From Escherichia phage vB_EcoM_SP13: DNA of 64,000 nt. Shown here one piece after another: positions 58,655 to 64,000 of the stretch. The DNA is taken from the sequence record OP352608, one strand, 5' to 3'. The notes beneath the pieces are model-generated. The model searched no databases, had not been told where the DNA came from, and saw only the letters and a program-made list of their open reading frames with translations. Position 1 is the first letter of the stretch, and the number at the start of each line of letters is the position of its first letter. The position numbers and the translations under genes were made by a program.

Positions 58655-59076
58655 TACAGCGTTACGACCTGACATATGATGTGGCATCGGACGATTTCGC
58701 CGTCACTCCCGTTCCAGAAAGTCATGAAGGACGTTTTGTTGCATATGAGGACTATGAATCACTGCTCAAGCTTAATGAGTCGCTAACAAAAGAGATTGAG
58801 CAATACCACGAGCGCATCAAAGTCGCTGAAGATGTTATCAAGCTTTTTAGCGAGGCTGTTGAGAAATACAAGGAGCGCAACGTACCGATTAAGGAGGAAG
58901 CGTGGACCGTGTGGCTTGGTGGTGAGAATCCTGCACCTGGCGAGATTGTTGAATACAAGCTGCGCAATGGAGGTGATAAAGTATTGTCGAGACTTTCTGA
59001 CCATCTTCACTGGGGTCATATAGGAGCACTCAAAGGCAGCGACATCATTGCTTATCGGGTCGTTAAGGAGGGGTGA
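58651..59076 (+). CDS. hypothetical protein with C-terminal DIIAYRVV domain (paralog)
   Basis: C-terminal W-GG-NP-PG ... DIIAYRVV pattern shared with 57266-57769 product. Confidence 0.45.
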   Translation: MIQRYDLTYDVASDDFAVTPVPESHEGRFVAYEDYESLLKLNESLTKEIEQYHERIKVAEDVIKLFSEAVEKYKERNVPIKEEAWTVWLGGENPAPGEIVEYKLRNGGDKVLSRLSDHLHWGHIGALKGSDIIAYRVVKEG

Positions 59077-59609
59077 TGGGTAACGATGCAGGATGGGGCA
59101 AGCCGCGATACTCAAAACTTGCCCACTACTTTGACGACGGCGAGCAAATCAGCTTGTGCGGTAAATTCAACAAAGGCAATACAGAGTTGACCGATGCTCA
59201 AGAAATGGAATCAAGTCTGACAATTGGTGATTGCTCTAAGTGCAGAAAGGCATTATATGAGTTATTGACTCTAAGGGGATTGAAAGCGGCAAAATCAAGG
59301 GATGAATGGGTCATCAACGTCTGTGAAGGGAATCCAGAATTGATGGATGAATTGCTGAAAACAGATGCCGTTAATGCCATTTTCAAAAGGCATTATAAAA
59401 CTTGTATGCGTTACAAGATGAATGATGATATTATTTTTATGGTATTATCTTATTCAAGGAGCACAATGGACGTCAAAAAGCTTCGACAATATCGCCACAA
59501 GGTCATGTGTGAATTGCGCCGTTTAGGAGTTATTGTGGATAATAATGTCATTAAAACGGAGTTAAAGAAGCGTGATAAAAGGAATGGTGACTGGAAGGTC
59601 AGCGGATAA
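59073..59609 (+). CDS. hypothetical Cys-rich protein
   Basis: 178-aa ORF with several Cys pairs (CGKF, CSKCRK). Confidence 0.4.
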   Translation: MMGNDAGWGKPRYSKLAHYFDDGEQISLCGKFNKGNTELTDAQEMESSLTIGDCSKCRKALYELLTLRGLKAAKSRDEWVINVCEGNPELMDELLKTDAVNAIFKRHYKTCMRYKMNDDIIFMVLSYSRSTMDVKKLRQYRHKVMCELRRLGVIVDNNVIKTELKKRDKRNGDWKVSG

Positions 59610-59612
59610 ATA

Positions 59613-59637
59613 AACACTGTTTACGTGTTTTGAAGAA
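59613..59637 (+). terminator. stem-loop after last early gene (AAACAC / GTGTTT)
   Basis: 6-bp inverted repeat followed by TT. Confidence 0.3.
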
Positions 59638-59869
59638 TGGAATGTGTGCAATGGGTCGCTTTATGCGGCCTTTTGTCGTTTGGGTCATGTTTTGCTATGG
59701 AATAATTATGAGGTTGTGTTTTATTTATTAATTGTGCGGAAATATTTAGAAATATATATAAACAGGATTGTTAATATTTTAATAGTTTATGGCTATTGGT
59801 CCGTGGTGTTTGTTAGATTCTATCTATGGATTGGATTTTCTTGGGTCGTGAAACGTGGTTTTGAACACA

Positions 59870-60240
59870 TTTGATACGCCTAAAATACGGTTAAAAATTA
59901 AGCGTATCATGGCTGCAGGCCGCGCCGTTCCTGGATTCCTCTTTTCCAAATTGGTACACCCTTACGTCATGATACGTCATGGTTTTTTATCCGTATCAGT
60001 GTACAACCCTTGCCGCGCCTGGCTTGTACATTAATCTTACGGATGATACGGATAAAACTGAGCATCGTTATATATAGAATTCGAAAAATTAATTAACTCC
60101 AATTTTAAAAACATTTATATTAATTTTTTTCATATCCTCATACTTATGTTAATTTATATATTTAACGTATCATCCGTAAGATATAAGTAAAAACAAAGAC
60201 TTGCGGCAATACGGATGATACGTCATGATACGCTTCAACC
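59870..60240. repeat. palindromic 9-bp repeat element B (homolog of element A)
   Basis: Units at 59965-59980, 59990-59998, 60038-60054 (inverted), 60167-60179, 60211-60234; AT-rich core 60065-60165 resembles 7700-7785. Confidence 0.8.
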
Positions 60241-60461
60241 AGCCAGCAGCGGCTAAGTCGTTGATTTGCATAACAAGCGGCAAAAGGGATGGATTTCTTT
60301 TATACGTATCAAACAGTACACCACGCACCACGGTCCGTTATCCATTCAGCAATATGATTTGTGTACGTTTATAGCCATAATGAACATCAATCTGCACTTG
60401 AATATAATGTCCATCCATTGTATAATTCACACTATTAATTTGCACTATGGGATTTTGCACT

Positions 60462-60935
60462 ATGAGTCAAGATTATGTAGCGATGCCTGAAGACTTTGAA
60501 GACCCGCGATTCGCAGAGCACAATCAGGCTTTATTCGATGAGTTCATTGACCTTGTTATTCAGGGTCATGACATGCGCGCAGCTTTTGCACTAGTATTTG
60601 GAATGGAAGTTGCAACGGATAACTACACTGGCCAGCGAATCCTTTGCACGCAACGCAATCCATACTACAAGATGCGCTTCAAAAAGCGTATGGAAGAGAT
60701 GCCACTCAAGGATTTGTGGAGCGTAAAAGGTGCAATTCACAATTTGGTTAAGCTTGTTCGTGATCCAGAAGTCGCGGCGTCAGCCAAGCTTAATGCTATT
60801 CGTGAACTGAATATCATCTACGGCATCACGATGATTGATGAAAACGGCAATAGTAAAATGGGCCGTTCCATGGACGATTTCTACAAGGATTTTGGAGAGG
60901 CGGCCAAAGAAGGTGAGCAATTCTCCCGCCACTAG
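60462..60935 (+). CDS. terminase small subunit-like protein (tentative)
   Basis: 157 aa; C-terminal AKLNAIRELNIIYG region resembles small-terminase/DNA-binding folds; motif copies overlap its start codon; far from terL in this window. Confidence 0.3.
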   Translation: MSQDYVAMPEDFEDPRFAEHNQALFDEFIDLVIQGHDMRAAFALVFGMEVATDNYTGQRILCTQRNPYYKMRFKKRMEEMPLKDLWSVKGAIHNLVKLVRDPEVAASAKLNAIRELNIIYGITMIDENGNSKMGRSMDDFYKDFGEAAKEGEQFSRH

Positions 60936-60954
60936 CCAATTTGCACTATAAAAC

Positions 60955-60988
60955 GGCCCTAGAACACATTTTCTCCAATTCTAGGGCC
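60955..60988 (+). terminator. stem-loop (GGCCCTAGAA / TTCTAGGGCC)
   Basis: 10-bp perfect inverted repeat with 14-nt loop just after the 60935 stop; no U-tract. Confidence 0.35.
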
Positions 60989-61049
60989 ATCGGTAATACG
61001 ACGGGGAAGGTTACAAACATAAACGCGTTAGAAAGTGTATTATTATAAG

Positions 61050-61313
61050 TCATCTTTTAGTCACCTTACGTAACAATTTACGACCTTCAACCGTCCAATC
61101 GAACGACTCCACCAGCAGATTCGCACTATAACCTAAGACGATGCGTCCCTTCTCGTTATCGACCCGCCAACAAGTCTCGAATAGCATTCGATTTGCACTA
61201 TTAACTATTGCCGCAACTCGCGTAGGATAAGCGCAATTTGAACTATGGTCGTAAAGGGATAAGGTGCGACCACTTCCGATGGACAACGTAGCGATGAGAA
61301 TGAGCGTATTCAT
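61050..61313 (-). CDS. hypothetical protein
   Basis: 87-aa ORF; motif copies fall inside it. Confidence 0.3.
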   Translation of the reverse strand: MNTLILIATLSIGSGRTLSLYDHSSNCAYPTRVAAIVNSANRMLFETCWRVDNEKGRIVLGYSANLLVESFDWTVEGRKLLRKVTKR

Positions 61314-61363
61314 AAGCCACCAATTTGCACTATGAAAAGCGACCCCGAAGGGCCGCCATTCGA

Positions 61364-61990
61364 TTAGATAATCTGGAAGGTATAGGATTTGTTGCCGAAC
61401 TCAAAGTTCAAGCGCCCAGCTTCCTTAAGCTTCATGCGGAAGCGAATGTGCTTGCTATCCGGCAAGCCCAGCACGGCGAACGCTACGCGGACCGATTTGA
61501 ACTCGCCTACACCCTCGACCATAACGCCGTTACGGGTGAGACGCTTTTGCGCCACTTCCTTATTATCCCAACTTTTTGCAATACCTTCGCTATTCGAACG
61601 GCGATGGGAAGGAGTTCCATTTTGCACTACGCAATTTGCACTATCGTTTAGACCGCTCTTAACGAAGGCTTCATACTCTTCGTCGGTCATCGCGTCGAGT
61701 TCTTCCTGGGTCGGCTCGGCCTTTTTAACGACCGCACGCGCCTTATGCGTTTTTACATCGCTGGACACTTCCTCGCGCGACTTCGCTTCGGGGATGGGCG
61801 ATTCGTTGGACGGCTCATCGAGCGCGTTTAAGGACTCGATTAACGCGATTACGCGAGTCTCGGCGGTACGGCGGTCCGCAAATTTCTTAATCGGCTTCGA
61901 ACCGGAATTTGCATTATAAAATGCAACGAGGTCGGCGGTCTTAGTTGCGATAACGTCGCCGCTAGTCGAGAAACGATTTAAGCTAACCAT
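61364..61990 (-). CDS. hypothetical protein
   Basis: 208-aa ORF spanning the visible composition change. Confidence 0.4.
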   Translation of the reverse strand: MVSLNRFSTSGDVIATKTADLVAFYNANSGSKPIKKFADRRTAETRVIALIESLNALDEPSNESPIPEAKSREEVSSDVKTHKARAVVKKAEPTQEELDAMTDEEYEAFVKSGLNDSANCVVQNGTPSHRRSNSEGIAKSWDNKEVAQKRLTRNGVMVEGVGEFKSVRVAFAVLGLPDSKHIRFRMKLKEAGRLNFEFGNKSYTFQII

Positions 61991-62070
61991 AATGAACTCC
62001 TATTTGTTAGGGCGCTAGGCGCGAAAGAATTTTATTAAAGCGCCGCGCACGACGCTCTAAAAATCCTCTC

Positions 62071-62355
62071 TTACGCTTCGACGAGGGAGAAGGTCTCAAA
62101 TTCTTCTTCGCCCATAACGAGTAAGATGTTACCGATTTCGACCGCTTCGAAGAAGTATCCGTTAACGTTTACTTCGAAGGCTTCGCGGTCCGATTCCGGT
62201 AACGCCGCGTAAAGTTTAAAAGCCTCGGCGACCGTTACCCCACCCGCCTCGATGGTCTGGTCTACGTTCGCGGCGTAGACTTCGGATAAAATTTGTTTTA
62301 CGCCGTAGTTCTCGACGATAGCGTTACGGATGGAAGAAACGTTAAGAATAGCCAT
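62071..62355 (-). CDS. small acidic protein, paralog family member
   Basis: Similar to 62990-63280 product (MAILNVSSIRNAIVEN vs MITLSAIRAARVETSEN; VNVNGYFFEAVEIG vs VTINGFVYTITEIG); preceded on minus strand by conserved promoter-hairpin-RBS cassette. Confidence 0.5.
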   Translation of the reverse strand: MAILNVSSIRNAIVENYGVKQILSEVYAANVDQTIEAGGVTVAEAFKLYAALPESDREAFEVNVNGYFFEAVEIGNILLVMGEEEFETFSLVEA

Positions 62356-62423
62356 TTTAAACTCCTAGTTGGGAGAGGCGTTAACGACCTATTCGCTAAC
62401 TCATCCCGTCCCGATATGAGTAC

Positions 62424-62451
62424 ATTATAATATAGTGTAGAAAAAAGTAAA
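62424..62451 (-). promoter_or_regulatory. promoter TTTACT-N16-TATAAT (minus-strand copy of cassette)
   Basis: Minus -35 at 62446-62451 and -10 at 62424-62429; same cassette as 62894-62922. Confidence 0.5.
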
Positions 62452-62495
62452 GCACTTTTTCGATAAAAATGCGATAAATTATTTTATCTTTTTTC

Positions 62496-62523
62496 TTTAC
62501 TTCTTCGTACACTCGCGTATACT
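62496..62523 (+). promoter_or_regulatory. promoter TTTACT-N16-TATACT (cassette copy)
   Basis: -35 at 62496-62501, -10 at 62518-62523; followed by GGGAG RBS and ATG 62580. Confidence 0.5.
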
Positions 62524-62579
62524 TGTTTATATCGAGACGGGCGATGGCCCTTCCTTCTACTAGCATCGGGAGCTTTATT

Positions 62580-62882
62580 ATGACTACTTTAATCTCTTCC
62601 ATCCTTACTTACGACGAAGACCGTTTAACCGTTCGCTCTCTTATCGCCGCCGTTAACGCCGAACTAGAATCTAGCGCCATTAAGGTCCGCGCGGTTGCCT
62701 TCGTCGGTCTTTCCTTCGACGATATCAAGTACGCCGAACGTAGCGCCATCCGCTTCGCGAAGACCGACGACGAAGCCGTTACCCTTATCGAGACGGTTAC
62801 TCCGCGCGGCGAAACGTTAATTATCGTCGAGTATATCGACGTAGAAGGCGATAAGGCTTATAAATATTTTATCGCAAAATAA
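62580..62882 (+). CDS. hypothetical small protein
   Basis: GGGAG RBS 7 nt before ATG 62580. Confidence 0.45.
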   Translation: MTTLISSILTYDEDRLTVRSLIAAVNAELESSAIKVRAVAFVGLSFDDIKYAERSAIRFAKTDDEAVTLIETVTPRGETLIIVEYIDVEGDKAYKYFIAK

Positions 62883-62893
62883 CGAAAAAGTGC

Positions 62894-62922
62894 TTTACTT
62901 CTTAGTACACTAAGACTATAAT
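62894..62922 (+). promoter_or_regulatory. promoter TTTACT-N17-TATAAT followed by 5' UTR hairpin
   Basis: -35 at 62894-62899, -10 at 62917-62922; hairpin GGTAGCGA / TCGCTACC at 62945-62965; AGGAG RBS; ATG 62990. Confidence 0.55.
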
Positions 62923-62989
62923 GTTTTATATCGAGAGGGGATGAGGTAGCGAATAGGTCGCTACCCTCCCGACTAACTAGGAGAATATT

Positions 62990-63280
62990 ATGATCACTTT
63001 ATCCGCTATCCGTGCCGCTCGCGTCGAAACTTCCGAAAACTCTAACGTATTTGGCGAAACCTTAGAGAGCGTTTATCTCTCTAACGTTGACGCGATTATC
63101 GAGTCTATTTATGAGCCGATCAACTTCCTCGACCTTTACAAGTATCGCGATGAGGACATCGTGTCCTACCGCGTAACGATTAACGGCTTCGTTTATACGA
63201 TTACCGAAATCGGCGGCGAATATCTCGCTGTACCGCAACTCGGCGGCGAAGTAACTTACTTTAAAATCGTAAGCCTTTAA
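62990..63280 (+). CDS. small protein, paralog family member
   Basis: Paralog of 62071-62355 product; strong promoter and RBS. Confidence 0.5.
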   Translation: MITLSAIRAARVETSENSNVFGETLESVYLSNVDAIIESIYEPINFLDLYKYRDEDIVSYRVTINGFVYTITEIGGEYLAVPQLGGEVTYFKIVSL

Positions 63281-63291
63281 GGAGAAGAAAA

Positions 63292-63501
63292 ATGATTAAT
63301 ATGAATAACTCTCTTAACGCGCGCGCCCATCGCACCGCCGTCATCGATATGTTCCGTGAGCTTAAGGACTTATGCGATAATATGAACGCGATGTTATCCA
63401 TCGGCGGCTGGGGATACGAAGAAGAAGTTAAATATGCGGTTATGCGTCGCCGTCGCGATAACGTCCTTGGGCAAATTAAACGCGCCGGATTATTCCTTTA
63501 A
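63292..63501 (+). CDS. hypothetical small protein
   Basis: AAGGAGAAG RBS before ATG. Confidence 0.45.
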   Translation: MINMNNSLNARAHRTAVIDMFRELKDLCDNMNAMLSIGGWGYEEEVKYAVMRRRRDNVLGQIKRAGLFL

Positions 63502-63669
63502 TTATAATCAACCACCGTTACTAATAGGCCGCGCTTAGTCGCGGCTTTTCTTCGTCCCTATCTCGGTGCGCTCCTACGCGAAAACTCCTTTATCCTTCCC
63601 TTCGTCGTCGCATAATCTTCGTCGATATGCGCCTTAGTTCGCATAACAGGTATTACGTTAAATGGAGAA

Positions 63670-63940
63670 CATCGCGTAAGTCCTTGTTTTATATAGACAC
63701 CTATATCGGACCGTTAGGGCGGGTCGCGTAAGTCGTTGTTTTATAAAGGCGCAAAACTTTCCCTTCGTTCCGAACTAAAACGAGGAATATGCCGACCCTT
63801 CGTCCGAAAATAGTACGCATGCGAAATTACATGCATCTAGAATAATCCCCACAGATATTATCCTACACGCAATCATTCGCTTTCGAATCATTATGCTTCA
63901 TATTATTATGCGTCGAATCATTCGCTTTCGAATTGTAACG
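63670..63940. repeat. direct repeats in 3' non-coding region
   Basis: CGCGTAAGTC(C/G)TTGTTTTATA twice (about 63673 and 63725); AATCATTCGCTTTCGAAT twice (about 63870 and 63917). Confidence 0.6.
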
Positions 63941-64000
63941 CTGGAAACTGTAACGGCGATTGATTATTGCGTTCGTGTGGTTTTTATGGCATGGGTCTTT

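Larger units (their letters stand above)
60438..61644 (+). repeat. array of same-orientation ATTTGCACTAT motifs
   Basis: Copies at 60438, 60453, 60939, 61119 (TTCGCACTAT), 61191, 61236 (TTTGAACTAT), 61323, 61619 (variant), 61634; all on plus strand whatever the coding strand. Confidence 0.75.

Noticed and set aside
59644-59874. 76-aa ORF in the G/T-rich region
   Set aside because: No RBS; product is low-complexity, driven by the G/T bias; lies in an apparently non-coding regulatory stretch.
60438-61644. T7-like RNA polymerase promoters as the settled explanation for the CACTAT(A) motif
   Set aside because: No single-subunit RNA polymerase gene is in the window and the upstream part of the motif differs from T7/SP6 consensus; kept only as one hypothesis in the findings.
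61325-61651. 108-aa plus-strand ORF with TTG start
   Set aside because: Antisense to 61364-61990 and its start is created by the ATTTGCACTAT motif itself, so it is probably not a gene.
61885-61905. tRNA T-loop-like sequence GGTTCGAAGCC on the minus strand
   Set aside because: Flanking bases do not form a T-stem or a cloverleaf, and it lies inside the 61364-61990 ORF.
1-64000. Integrase, excisionase or repressor indicating a prophage
   Set aside because: No tyrosine or serine recombinase motifs or CI-like repressor recognised in any frame; the element looks virulent or the lysogeny genes lie outside the window.

Overview
This window reads as most of a tailed-phage genome (contractile-tail type), with no integrase or repressor recognised. 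It has four parts. (1) 995-29551, plus strand: a virion module running terminase large subunit, portal, head morphogenesis, prohead protease/scaffold, major capsid, sheath, two paralogous tube proteins, tape measure with a lytic transglycosylase domain, baseplate, tail fibre with HxH repeats, and a GH19-type endolysin. (2) 29577-47132, minus strand: a replication and nucleotide-metabolism module with ATP-dependent DNA ligase, MazG-like pyrophosphohydrolase, an Rz/Rz1-like embedded gene pair, SSB-like protein, SNF2 helicase, VRR-NUC nuclease, DnaE-type polymerase, DnaQ-like exonuclease, VOC, SDR, HAD phosphatase, ThyX, a FAD-binding protein and a Dda/RecD-like helicase. (3) 47293-59609, plus strand: primase, VirE-type helicase and about 25 small early genes. 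(4) 59610-64000: a regulatory and small-gene region with palindromic 9-bp repeats, an array of ATTTGCACTAT motifs, a terS-like gene, and a segment that looks compositionally distinct by eye. The best candidates for something undescribed are the portal with a C-terminal inorganic-pyrophosphatase signature, the enzyme island at 39899-44489, the two homologous palindromic AT-rich elements 52 kb apart, the same-orientation ATTTGCACTAT array, and the triplicated promoter cassette in the 3' segment. All calls come from reading motifs and gene order; no database search or computation was run.
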